Source: Eutreptiella sp. 'Long Island Sound 2002' (taxonomy: Eukaryota; Protista; Euglenida). Taken from it: DNA of 64,000 nt. Where the stretch lies: assembly GCA_964036045.1 (NCBI GenBank), contig OZ038378.1, positions 34,038,001 to 34,102,000 of the forward strand. Reading direction: 5' to 3'. The translations under genes were made by a program, and so were the position numbers. The notes beneath the pieces were generated by a model. That model saw nothing but the letters and a program-made list of their open reading frames with translations. It made no database searches and was not told the origin of the DNA. Positions 35,401 to 46,399 of the stretch are shown piece after piece (position 1 is the stretch's first letter; every line of letters begins with the position of its first letter).

Positions 35401-36850
35401 GGCCGCCGGACAGCGCGGCGCGCCCTAGTCGCGGATTGTTGGCGCACGCTGAGGCGGGAGGTTGGGCGCTGGAAAGGGCAGCGTGCCCGGGTCGTGGCAT
35501 GTTGGCGCATGTCGGGGCGGTCAGTTGGGCGTTGGACAGGGCAGCGCGCCCTGGTCGTAGCGTGTTGGCGCACGCGGGGCGGGAGGTTGGGCACTGGACA
35601 GGGCAGCGCGCCCTGGTCGTAGCCTGTTGGCGCTCGCCAGGGGGGGAGGTTGGGCGCTGGACAGGGCAGCGCGCCCTGGTCGTGGCCTGTTGGCGCACGC
35701 TGGGGCGGGAGGTTGGGCGCTGCATAGGGCAGCGCGCCGTGGTTGTGGCATGTTGGCGCACGCCGGGGCGGGAGGTGGGCTGCCGGATAGGGCAGCGCGC
35801 CTTGGTCGTGGCCTGTTGGCGCTCGCCGGGGCGGGAAGCGGGCCGCCGGACAGGGCAGCGCGCCCTGGTCGTGGCCTGTTGGCGCACGCCGGGGCGGGAG
35901 GTGGGCCGCCGGACAGGGCAGCGCGCCCTGGTTGCGCCCGTTGGTGCACGCTGGAGCAGGAGGTTGGCCGCTGGACAGAGCAGCGCGCCCTGGTCGTGGC
36001 CTGTTGGCGCACGCCGGGGCGGGAGGTGGGCTGCCGGACAGGGCAGCGCGCCATGGTCGTGGCGTGTTCGCGCACGCTGGGGCGGGAGTTGGGCTGCCGG
36101 ACAGCGCAGCGCGCCCTAGTCGCGGATTGTTGGCGGACGTTGGGGCGGGAGGTTGGCCGCTGGAAAGGGCAGCGTGCCCGGGTCGTGGCCTGTTGGCGCA
36201 CGCCAGGGCGGGTGGTTGGGCGATGGACAGGGCAGCGCGCCCTGGTCATGGCCTTTTGGCGCACGCTTGGCGGGTGGTTGGGCGTTGGACAGGGCAGCGT
36301 GCCCTGGTCGTAGCATGTTGGCACATGCTGGGGCGGGAGGTTGGGCACTGGACAGGGCAGCGCGCCCTGATCGTGGCCTGTCGGCGCTCGCCAGGGCGGG
36401 AGGTGGGGCGGTGGACTGGGCAGGCCGCCCTGGTTGTGGCCTGTTGGCGCACGCCAGGGCGGGTGGTAGGACGCTGGATAGGGCAGCGCGCCCTGGTCGT
36501 TGCTTGTTGGCGCACTCCGGGCTGGGAGGTTGGGCGCCGCACAGGGCGGCCCCCCTTGGTCGTGGCCTGTTGGCGCACGTTGGGGCGGGAGGTGGGGCGC
36601 CGGACAGGGCAGCGCGCCCTGGTCGTGGTGTGTTGGCGCACGCCGGGGCTGGAGGTGGAATGCCGGACTGGGCAGCGCGCCCTAGTCGTAGCCTGTTGGC
36701 GCACCCCGGGGCGGGTGGTTGGGCGCTGGACAGGGCAGCGTGCCCTGGTCGTGGCGTGTTGGCGCACGCTCGGGCGGGAGGATGGGCGCTGGACGGGGCA
36801 GCGCGCCCTAGTAGCGGCTTGTTGGCGCACGGGTGGGCCGCCGGACAGGG
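29490..36850 (+). repeat. 63-bp GC-rich tandem array (~115 copies): GGACAGGGCAGCGCGCCCTGGTCGTGGCCTGTTGGCGCACGCCGGGGCGGGAGGTTGGGCGCT
   Basis: Period of 63 (30058, 30121, 30184); higher-order repeats of ~880-945 bp (CTAGCCA variant at 29931, 30875, 31756). Confidence 0.98.
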
Positions 36851-37177
36851 CCGCCGAACCTGTGGTGCGGCGTCGCCCCACCAGGGTCGGCGGGAGCGGG
36901 GTGCCAGCAGCTTGTGGTTGAGCGCCCCCGTGACCCAAGGCCCTGCACCTGCACCCCTGCGCCCCTGCCATCCCCTGTGCCCCGCCGCATGTGCTCGCCC
37001 CATTGCAGGGTCGCCAGCCGGAAGCAAGGCGCGACTTCGCGTGGGGTCGGGCCTCAGATCTCGTACCGCGCCTCCGAAGGAGCCGCTGCTGAGCGTGCGC
37101 GCCCCCTGCATCGTCACGCCTGCTCGCCACCGCTCTCAACCCTCCAGCCCGCGCCGCAACCTCTACCCACAGACTAC

Positions 37178-40100
37178 ATGGCGCACCCTTTCACCCAGCT
37201 TTCCCAAGACGAGCAGCGAGACCAGCTGAGCTGCGCTGGCTCTTGGCCCCTGCTGTCCTTATCGTACAACCCGGCCGCCAAGCAGGTTTTAGTCGCAGCT
37301 CGCCATCACGCCGGCCGCACCGACGTCTTCGACATTGACCTGAGCGTATCCGCCCTTTCCGCCTCTGGAATGCTGTGGTGGTGGAGTTTGACTCGCCAGC
37401 TCCTACCAACGGAGCAAGGCCTACTTAAAGAGCACTTGCGTGGCTCGTGGCTCTCTTATCGCGCAGCCCTCGAGCTCCTCATCGACTGGGCCGCTGGTGC
37501 CACTGAGACACAACGCCACTAGCAGGTCCGGGCTGCAGCACAGCACTGCGCCCCGTTCGGTGACAGCCCGGTACGCAGCATGGACTTCCGCACCCTGCTC
37601 GAGACCCTTGCCCACACACGCCAAATCAAGCCCGTGATTCTCCTCGTCCCCCTTCTACACGGGCTCTCCTAGTGGGATGCAGCGCACACTGGCAGCCCAC
37701 TTCGATGCCCCCAAATCCAAGCCATCAGTGACCAGGCAGGTGGTCCAGGTGGCTGCCCGGTCGTACGCCCGTCCCCGTGCCCTCCGCCCAGACCTGGTAC
37801 CAGGAGCTGCGAGCTTGCGAGCGCGACGACTCCATCACCTTCCCCACAGCGCTCACCGTCCTGGCCGCCGCCGAGTCCAAGGCCCGGGCAACCCCCCAAT
37901 CCGCCGCAGCCGCCCACTCGAAGCGCGCCCCTCCCCCGGCCCCAGCCCTAGCAGCCCCCGGCAGCTCTCTCCCCACGTGGGAACACTTTTGGCAACAAGC
38001 CCCTCACACCAACGCCCAGGACATCCTCTCGCTCTTGGACGGTCTCGCATCAGTCCCCGATGCCTCGGCGTCACATGTGGCTGGTGCAGTGCTCATCATC
38101 ATCAAACACCTTCACCTGCCCCCCAAGGCCTCCCAGCTCCTCAACCTTGCGACGACGGCAGCTCTGCTGGTGCCTGCAGCGAAGAACGCCTGGCTTCTGT
38201 GCCCGGAGGCCAACAAGCACCGCCTGCGACCGGAACTAGAACGTCTGTGCTCCACGGTAGCCACGAAATTTGCCTCCACCCTGAGCGGGGCAGCCAAGAT
38301 CTTGGCCCTGCCGGCCATCCAGCCACACATCACCGCCAATGCGGCTCGTCCAGGAGTCAACTGGTCGTCCGTGGCCCTCCAGCCGGCGTCCACCCCTTCT
38401 TTTCCCCTCACTGCCTACATCGCGCTGGATAACGTCGTTGACGCCACCACCTTTCGACAGGGCATCCACCAGCTCTGCCAGCCGACCTGCCTCAGCACGG
38501 CCACCGAGTACCAGCACCTCCAGGAAAGGGTCAAACAATTCCTCCCCGTGGTCCGAGAGGTAGAGAGTAGCGACTGGTTCTTTGCTGGCTTGTCTGCTCC
38601 CCCTCCGGCCCGCCGACGCCCTACCCTTTCCTGCGGCCCCACTCCCAGCGCCCGGCGCCCAGACCCTCCCCACCCTGACTGCTCCCCAGCCGCTACCGAG
38701 CGTGTCCCTCCTGCCCTGTGCCCGACCCCTGCCTCCCCCCATGGACACACCCCCCACCGTCCGCGTCATTGGCCTTCACAACGGCCGTCAAGAGGCCATG
38801 ACCGCCGCCCTCACGCTCACACTCGGGACCCCAGTCTACGTCACGTCGCAGGACATCCGGTGCGGCTGGGGCATCGCTGTAGTGCCTCCCTCGATACACG
38901 CCTCTGTGTTCTCAGCGCACCATAAACGGCTTCTTGAGCATCCCGACGGCTGGGAACTGACTCTGTCGTGCCGAAACGAGACCACGGGCGAACCATGGAA
39001 AGTGGGCAACGGCTCGCTGACCGAGAACCATGGAAAGTGGGCAACGGCTCGCTGACCGACCCCCCGTCTCAGCGCCCGGAACCAGCCCGGGGCTCGAAGC
39101 GAGTCCGCCTAGAGCCCCCCCTGTCCCCGCGCCGACGCTCTCCCCGACTACACAAGCAAGCCCGCTGTGCACCAAGGCTCGCCCCCAGGCCACGCCGTAC
39201 GCGGCTCCCTCTGGTCGAGCCACCAAGAACGCCGCTGACCCACATTCCCCGGCTTCCTCCCGGCTGCGGCTCGTTCCGACAGCGCGGCCTTGGCCGTAGG
39301 GCACGCCATCGCTGCGTCCTACTCGCCCGCACAGGCAGTCACCTTAGCCAGACGCCTCCGAGCCCTCGTAGGCCCCAAACCCCCACCTCTAGCGAGACCC
39401 CCCCGCACACCAATTTCATCCCGCTTCCACCCGACGACCCGTCGCCCCTTGGTTGCCTGCACTGCAGCTCCTCGGTCCCGCGCAGCCCTGTTGCCTAGTG
39501 TGCCGCCACTCCGGTTACCTGGAGCTACAACGGATACCAGCCCTCCCCCTCCCTCCCGACCTGCGCCGCCTTCTCCCCTCTCTCCCGTTAGTCGCTCGGC
39601 ATGTCCCCGCAGCGACGGTTCTCGCTGCACTCCCCCTGGTCGCCAACTGGCTCGAGCAAATACCCCATGCCATCCCCTCGTCACCCTTCTGCATCACGCC
39701 GCCTTTCCCAGTGGGTGACCTCTGGACCTGCTTCTTGTTGTGCCACTACACCTCGTGCTGGACCGACAGCCATCCTCCGAGCAGCCAACCCCCCCTCTAC
39801 TACTGGCGTCATCCGAGCACAGGCAGCCCATGGACGGTCGGCCCTGACATGAGGGTTGTACCCATTGTATGCTCCGCGTGCTGCTCTGCATGCGGCCGCC
39901 CTGCGCCCCACGCTGCCGCAGTCCACCTGCCAACCTGCACCGTTCAATGCCTCCCCCATTTCTTCTGCGTGCACCCCCGGAGGCATCCGCCTTTCTGCAC
40001 ACGAGCCTTGGCCCCGCGCTGCAGCCTGACCTTCCATGGGTTACGTCTAGACGGTGCAGTGCCTGTACACGTCCTCCCCTGGTCCTCCCTCTGCACTCCG

Positions 40101-40190
40101 CAGCTGCCCCAAATCCTGCTGCCCCCCCCTCCATACCTCCGCCCCCCCCCCCCGCCCCGTCCAAGGCAAACCTCGTCCAGCCCACAGCGC
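37178..40190 (+). pseudogene. LINE ORF1-like / N-terminal region (~1000 codons, frameshifted), with Cys/His cluster
   Basis: Overlapping protein-like ORFs 36833-37522, 37777-38925, 38582-39055 and 39453-40193; CSACCSACGRPAPHAAAVHLPTC; exact 35-bp tandem duplication 38990-39059 shifts the frame. Confidence 0.65.
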
Positions 40191-40860
40191 TGACGTTCAT
40201 GACCCACAATTGGGGGGGCATCGTCCTGTAGACGGGTCTTGCGCGCCTTTGGGTCGACGCCCTTAGCACGGACGTCCTGTGCTGGCACGAGCTCTGGGAC
40301 ATGGGGTCCGCCCGCGCAGCCATCCCAGCCTCGTACGAAGCCCTATGGGGCACAGCCGACGGAGCAGGGACTGGTTTCGTTATAGCATGGAAGAAGAGTC
40401 TCCGCCGATGCCCTGACGAAGCCACGCTTGCCTTCGACGGCGACCAGTAGATCGCTGCCCTTCTCCCACTTTGGCATGTCGGTCGCCTGCTCGTTCTCAA
40501 TGTCCACCTTCACCCGAAGATCACTTACCATGAGTGGATGCAGCAAGTCCGCCGCATGGAGCACCTCCGGCGTGACCTGCAGCCAAACTACAGCTTCCTC
40601 TCGGGCGACTTTAACGCCACGGACGCCCCTGGCACTCCCCTCGCATCCGCCCTCTCCCCGTCGGGTGCCGTGCACAACTACCCCCGCGTCCTCCCCACTC
40701 ACACCCCCACCAACCACACCATCGTCAAGGGCGCCCGCCGAGCAACGGCCATCAACCACGTGTTCATCCACGATCCCGTAGCTGAGGCCCGTCATCAGCT
40801 TCTCCCGTCCCGCAGCTCCCACGCCGTCATAGTAGTTACAATCACCCCGATGACCGCGTC
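40190..40860 (+). pseudogene. Apurinic/apyrimidinic-type endonuclease domain of the LINE
   Basis: LTFMTHNWGG..DVLCWHE..LLVLNVHL..FLSGDFNA..AINHVFI..SSHAVIVV in frame 2, with TAG stops at ~40229 and ~40448. Confidence 0.9.
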
Positions 40861-41689
40861 AGCGGATGCGTGGGCCTGGCGGCGTTTCCGGTGGCGCAGG
40901 GCCAGCCCTATGGAACTGGACATCCTGGGAGCCGCCCTCGATCTGGTATGGGGGTGGCTCTCGCTCACTCCGCTCCCCGACGACGCTCCCCGACGACTAC
41001 GTGGCGTCCCACCACGAGATCGCAGCGCAACTCATCCCACGACCCCCGGACACGCGTCAACTCATTCACCGCCTCGCCCAGCGCAGTTTCCCCCTAGGTC
41101 CCGAGCAGCTAGACCTGCATATCACAGACCTTCGCGAGGCGGCAAAGGCTTGCGGGGCCCAAAAACCGGCTAGACGTCCTCCGCTCGGCCTCCATCACGT
41201 CCGCCACGCGCACCGCCCTGCACCTCCCGTCCCCCCCCTTGGAACCCTTTAGCAGCATACTACCCCGCCCCGGGGCGACTCTCCCCACACGTGACGCCAG
41301 CCTCCGCGAGGTTCACAGTCAGTCCTCAGCACAGACATGCAACCGCCACCTACAGCTCGACCACGAGTTCTTCAGCACCAGGTGGGACGCCACCGCCTGG
41401 GCCCCCATGCGCCGCCCCTCCTTGGAGCTGCCCACCGTTCACCTTCTGGCCCTCCTTCGGGCTGGCTTCCCCCCCGACCACCCCGACACGCCCCGGACCT
41501 ACTTCCAGCAACTCAACTCCCAGCCACTGCTGACGCCGGCATCCCTCGCACACCGGCGCCTTGGCAAGCGCACCCTTGCCGTGTCCTCTGACCACGTCAC
41601 GCGGTCCGTCCTCTTCCGGGCAAGAGGCGGGGTGCAGCTGGGCTTGCACCACTCCCTACTTCAGGCCGAGGCAGGCACCCCCACCGTCC

Positions 41690-42420
41690 TCAACGAGACG
41701 GTGCGGTATGTCATTTACAAGCGGAAAGCCAGCAAGCCCCTCCCTCGGCACGTGGCCCGCTCTTTCCGTCCAGTGGATGTAGAGTCGGCGGAGTAAGGGA
41801 CGCTCTCAGGCATCGCTTCAGACCGCCTGGCCGCCAACCTGGAAATATCGGGGGCGTACACCCCCGTCATGTTCTCCTACCGCACCGGCCTGGGCTGCTC
41901 CTTCATGGTGTTGGTGGGGCGCGCAGCCGCTTACAGTAGTCTATTGGAGCACGGCTCATGCGCAACCTGCGACTGGGACGAGTCTAACGCGTACTTGCGA
42001 GTCGTTAGGGAGTTCACCCACCACCTCCTCCGATGTCTCCCTGGCGTCTGGGACTACTCCCGGTGGGCTAGCGATTTCTACGGCCGATTAGTCATGCGGG
42101 TGATCACCCGCGAAGATTTCGCCCCTCGTTTCTCCACGGGCGAACGTGGCAACAATGGGACGCCTTGGCAGCCCTACACTATGAGGCCCCCAGCCACGTC
42201 CTCACCCCCTCCCTCAACATCGACAGGTCCGTGACTGTCCCCCTCCGCCTGCCAGGCCTCCACGTCCCCTTGCCGGCAACCCTGCTCGTCTTCAGCGATG
42301 AGCGGCGTTTTCTGGCCCCCACGCTCTGCGGGGCGGTCGCCCTAGCCGACGCAAGCAGAGACGCCTCCCAACGGGCCGGCAGAATCGTCCACCCCGACAA
42401 GCTCGAGTATTTCCTGGTCC
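41690..42420 (+). pseudogene. Reverse transcriptase domain of the LINE
   Basis: YVIYKRK..SFRPVDVESAE*GTLSGIASDRL; MFSYRTG; CDWDESNAYLRV; frameshifted GERGQQ-DALAALHY; LLVFSDERRFL (YADD equivalent); AGRIVHPDKLEYF. Confidence 0.88.
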
Positions 42421-43069
42421 GGTTAGTGCGCCACGGCATCATTCTGGACCGTAGCCCCGTCCCCGACACGGAACAGCACACATCCTCGTCGCCCCCAGAG
42501 CTAGTGGGAATTCCACTGATGCCGGAGCCCCCGCTTCTCCGAGCCGCCAACAAGTCCCTTGCCGCCCTGCGATCAGTACACAAATCCACAGCCCGCGGCC
42601 CCGCATCCCCGGTCCTGCGACTACGGGCCCTACACTCCTGTGGACTGTCGGTGCTGGACTACATCGCTGGAGGCGTCCTGCTCACTGCCAACGACGTGCG
42701 GCCCAGCCCGCGCATCACGGATGACGTCCACTCAGCCGCTTTTCGCCTCCCTACCTGGGTCCATGGCTCCCTCCTCCGGTTGCCGATCTCCTCAGGCGGG
42801 TTTGTGCCCCCGACCTGGTCGTGCGCTCCCAACTGCACCTCCTCACCTCCTACCTGCGCGCGTCCTGGATCACCAACCTCCTCGCAGTTGCAACGTCGCA
42901 CCATCTACCTTCACTCCCCCCCCGCGCAGAGTGGCACGCGGAGGGGTCGCGCCTTCGCCGCGACCTTCCCCCGCACGGGGTCGAAGTACAGCCCTGCCCC
43001 ATCCCCGTACTACGAGAGGTCCCTTTCCACAGCTCCGGCGACATCACACAGCTACGCTCCTTCCGTTTC

Positions 43070-43520
43070 GCGGTGGTAGCCACCGACGGCAGCCAAGCGG
43101 GCCGCCGACTCGGGGCAGGGGTCGTCGTGGCACCCCACCACCGTGATTTTCTGCCGCCTGTGGTTCAGAATGCTGTGCTGCGCCGGCCACTCCACCGATG
43201 CCGAATGGATGGCTAAGATAGCGCTGCTCTTCGCGTTGGGCGATTGGCCAGGCGAACTGCTTCTGGCCACAGACTCCACGGCGGCGCTCACCGCCAACCT
43301 CACGCGCGCTCCGCGCAACGGCACCCTCCTACTGCTCCCCTTTCGCTCTGCGGTCGTCCAGCTTCGTGCCCAGGTCTTTGAGGCCTGTCTCCCGGCCCAG
43401 CACGACTCAAGGTCGTCCCCCATGCTCGCCACGCTCAACGCCGCCGCCGATCAGCTCGCCGACCTCGGCGCGGACGCGGCGCTGGCCAACGCCGTGCCGT
43501 GGCTACACCGCTTTTCAGGG
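43070..43520 (+). pseudogene. RNase H domain of the LINE
   Basis: VVATDGSQAGRRLGAGVVV; STDAEWMA; LLATDSTAAL; LPAQHD; LNAAADQLADLGA. Confidence 0.9.
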
Positions 43521-45229
43521 AGGGTCCTGTGCACCCACCAGGGGGGCCTCCTCCTCAACCCCCAGGGGGCGGCAAACGACATGTCGTCCCAAAGCAGCAT
43601 CGCTGAGTAGAGTCGGCATTTTCCGATCCCCGGACCCCTCCTGGTCCTCCTCCCCTCATCGAGGCCATCAATAAGGCCACCATGGAGCCGCGAGCAGTCC
43701 ACGCCATCATGCTGCGGCGCCTACTATCGTTTCAGCGCCACCCCACAGGGTACGGCGGCGTGGTTTGTCCGTATTGCCACCTGGCCCAGACGGACATCAC
43801 CGACCACCTGCTCCGTCGCATGCCCGCCTTTTTTCCTCCAGTACCTCACCCTGGCCACGCGGTTGCTGCGCCACCCATCTGTCTTCCCCCTTGTGTCAAC
43901 GTCCTCAGGGACCTTCAGACTGCTCCATGGAACCTTCCTGAGTACCCCGACTTTGTTGGTAGGCTTCACTTGGGAAGTTCTCCGCGCTCCCCTTGCGCCC
44001 AGCCCCGACTCACTACCTCGCCAGCTCCTCCTCAGCCTCAGCGGCTCTTGGAGAGTCGCAAGCCCCGACCCCTGGCGCCCCTCCCCTGCTCTCCGCCCCG
44101 CGCGTCTTGGTGACAGCGGATCACCATGGCGCCCTCGCACAACCCCCCCCCCCCCCCGCACTGCAGCATACCCTCGAAGCAGTTCCCACGCTCTGGAAAC
44201 TTGCCCTAGCCCCACTCCCAGCGCTCGTCCACGTCCAGCATGCCTCCTCCACCCTCGGTCTGCACGACAGTGTCGTACTCGGCTGGATGCTACGTCGATG
44301 CCGCTCATGGCGGCTTTGCACCAGCGCGACCCCCTGCTTTCCCCTGCCCCCCGCGTCGCCCCCACAGTCCGCAGCCGCATGGGTCGTCAGCGCCCCCGGC
44401 TGCACCCAACAAGAGTGCATCCGGATGGCGTCCCTGGCCCTTGACGACAGCCACCTGGTACTTGTGACGAGGACCACGGACCTTCCGGACCTCCAAGCGC
44501 GAATTCAAGAACCAATGATGCGACACGATCTGCCTAATGGACTCTCTGTAGGACGTGCCATCAGCGCGCCCCTGAACGTGCACGACTGACCGGAGTGACC
44601 GATATTCCACCGCTCACTGCTTGCGCGTGCACGTTGTGATGCCCTGCTCCCCGCACCGTCCATCGCAGCTGCCACCCTGGCCTGCAACGTTACTGCCCTT
44701 GCGGACTGGTCCCAACCGACTACCCACTCCCTGTGGCAGGCTTGCAGCGGAAGCAAAGATCCGCAGGTACGCGTCCTCGGGACCGACCTCTGGCAGAACC
44801 GCCCCTAGGGCTCCCACACAGCCACGCAGTTCCCCCACAGAAACCAACCCGCCACCAGCAAGGAATTTTCAGGCCCAGAATTTTGGGGAAACATGTTGGG
44901 GCAAGGCGTGGAGCTGTGGCACTCCATGGACCCCGTTGTGCCTTGCCTGGCGCCCCCGAGACGGAGGCCGCCCACGGAGCCTCCGGGCACCTAGCACAGC
45001 CCCCGAACCAGCGGAGCCCCCCCCCTCCCTGCCCTCAAACTACGGCAGGTGTCAGCCCCTGGTCGCGCAGGGTGCCGGCATGGGCCGCCCGCTTCGACCC
45101 ATCCTGGCGGGACCGAGTAAGCCGCCGCGTGGCGTTTGGGAGTCCCGCATTTTCAGGGACCCCCTCCGACTGTGTCGGAGCCTCGGGCGGGTCAACCAGA
45201 TACCACATACCAGATATACCTCTCCCACC

Positions 45230-46030
45230 GTCTTCCACCCTCTCCCAACCCTCTCCCACCCTCTCCCAACCCTCTCCCACCCTCTCTCAACCCTCTCCCA
45301 CCCTCTCCCAACCCTCTCCCAACCCTCTCCGAACCTCTGCCAACCCTCTCCCAACCCTCTCCCACCCTCTCCCAACCCTCTCCCACCCTCTCCCACCCAT
45401 CCTCTCCCAATCCTCTCCCAACCCTCTCACACCCTCTCTCAACCCTCTATCACCCTCTCCCAACCTTCTCCCACCCTCTCCCAACCCTCTCCCAACTCTC
45501 TCCCACCCTCTCCCAACCCTCTCCCACCCTCTCCCAACCCTCTCCCAACCCTCTCCCAACCCTCTTGCACCCTCTCCCAACCCTCTCCCACCCTCTCCCA
45601 ACCCTCTCCCACCCTCTCCCACCCACCCTCTCCCAATCCTCTCCCAACCCTCTCACACCCTCTCTCAACCCTCTATCACCCTCTCCCAACCTTCTCCCAC
45701 CCTCTCCCATCCCTCTTCCAACCCTCTCCCACCCTCTCCCAACCGTCTCCCACCCTCTCCCACCCTCTCCCAACCCTCTCCCACCCTCTCCCAACCCTCT
45801 CCCACCCTCTCCCAACCCTCTCCCGGCCTCTCCCAACCCTCTCCCACCCTCTCCCAACCCTCTCCCACCCTCTCCCAACCCTCTCCCACCCTCTCCCAAC
45901 CCTCTCCCACCCTCTCCCAACCCTCTCCCACCCTCACCCAACCCTCTCCGAGCCTCTCCCAACCCTCTCCCAACCCTCTCCCACCCTCTCCCAACCCTCA
46001 CCCACCCTCCCCCAACCCTCTCCCAACCGT
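45230..46030. repeat. (CCCTCTCCCA[A])n 10/11-bp tandem tract; G-quadruplex-prone on the minus strand
   Basis: ~800 bp of alternating CCCTCTCCCAA / CCCTCTCCCA units. Confidence 0.97.
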
Positions 46031-46399
46031 GCTGAGGAACGGGGCTTTCGTGTTTACAGGGCGTTGTCTTGCCCACTGAACATTCACATTTCAAGCTTAA
46101 CCGAACAATCATGCTTGTCTTTTTGTGTATTTCTTTGCTGAGGTCTGGGATTTGCGAACCAAGAACGGTGTAGTTCATTGTAAAAAAAAAACCAATGGAA
46201 AAACGCTTGGAAGTTTTTGAAATCCCGGGAAAAGATGCTCGGAAGTTTTGGCAGCCAGATTGGGTCCCAAAACGCAACCGATATCGGTAGGAATATTCCA
46301 TGGACTTCCCAGCCCACCGTGCCGGTGGAGCTCGGAAGAAATTTTGGCTGGGACTTCCCAAATCAACCCTGCAATATGAGTCCCATTTGCCGAGCATAA

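Larger units (their letters stand above)
37178..44808 (+). mobile_element. Non-LTR retrotransposon (LINE) with APE-RT-RNase H-CCHC order (I/ingi/R1-like architecture), decayed
   Basis: APE motifs FMTHNWGG, DVLCWHE, LSGDFNA, AINHVFI, SSHAV; RT motifs FRPVDVES, FSYRTG, DWDESNAY, VFSDE, GRIVHPDKLE; RNase H motifs ATDGS, DAEWMA, ATDSTAAL, LNAAADQLA; CPYC..DHLL. Multiple stops and frameshifts. Confidence 0.92.

Noticed and set aside
28860-36850. CRISPR-like array interpretation, and the 1111/837/684-aa ORFs
   Set aside because: Units are contiguous with no unique spacers and no cas genes. ORFs are stop-poor shadows in all frames, disrupted by recurrent short deletions.
36850-37170. ingi/L1Tc 77-79-bp signature (HDV-like ribozyme) at the LINE 5' end
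   Set aside because: No recognisable match by eye; left for a descriptor-based search.
46097-46110. TTAA-CCGAAC as the left piggyBac terminus
   Set aside because: No matching inverted repeat found on the right side, which is interrupted by the foldback element.
44621-46141. 506-aa and 448-aa PTLSQPS/PSPNPL ORFs
   Set aside because: Translation of the 10/11-bp tandem tract.
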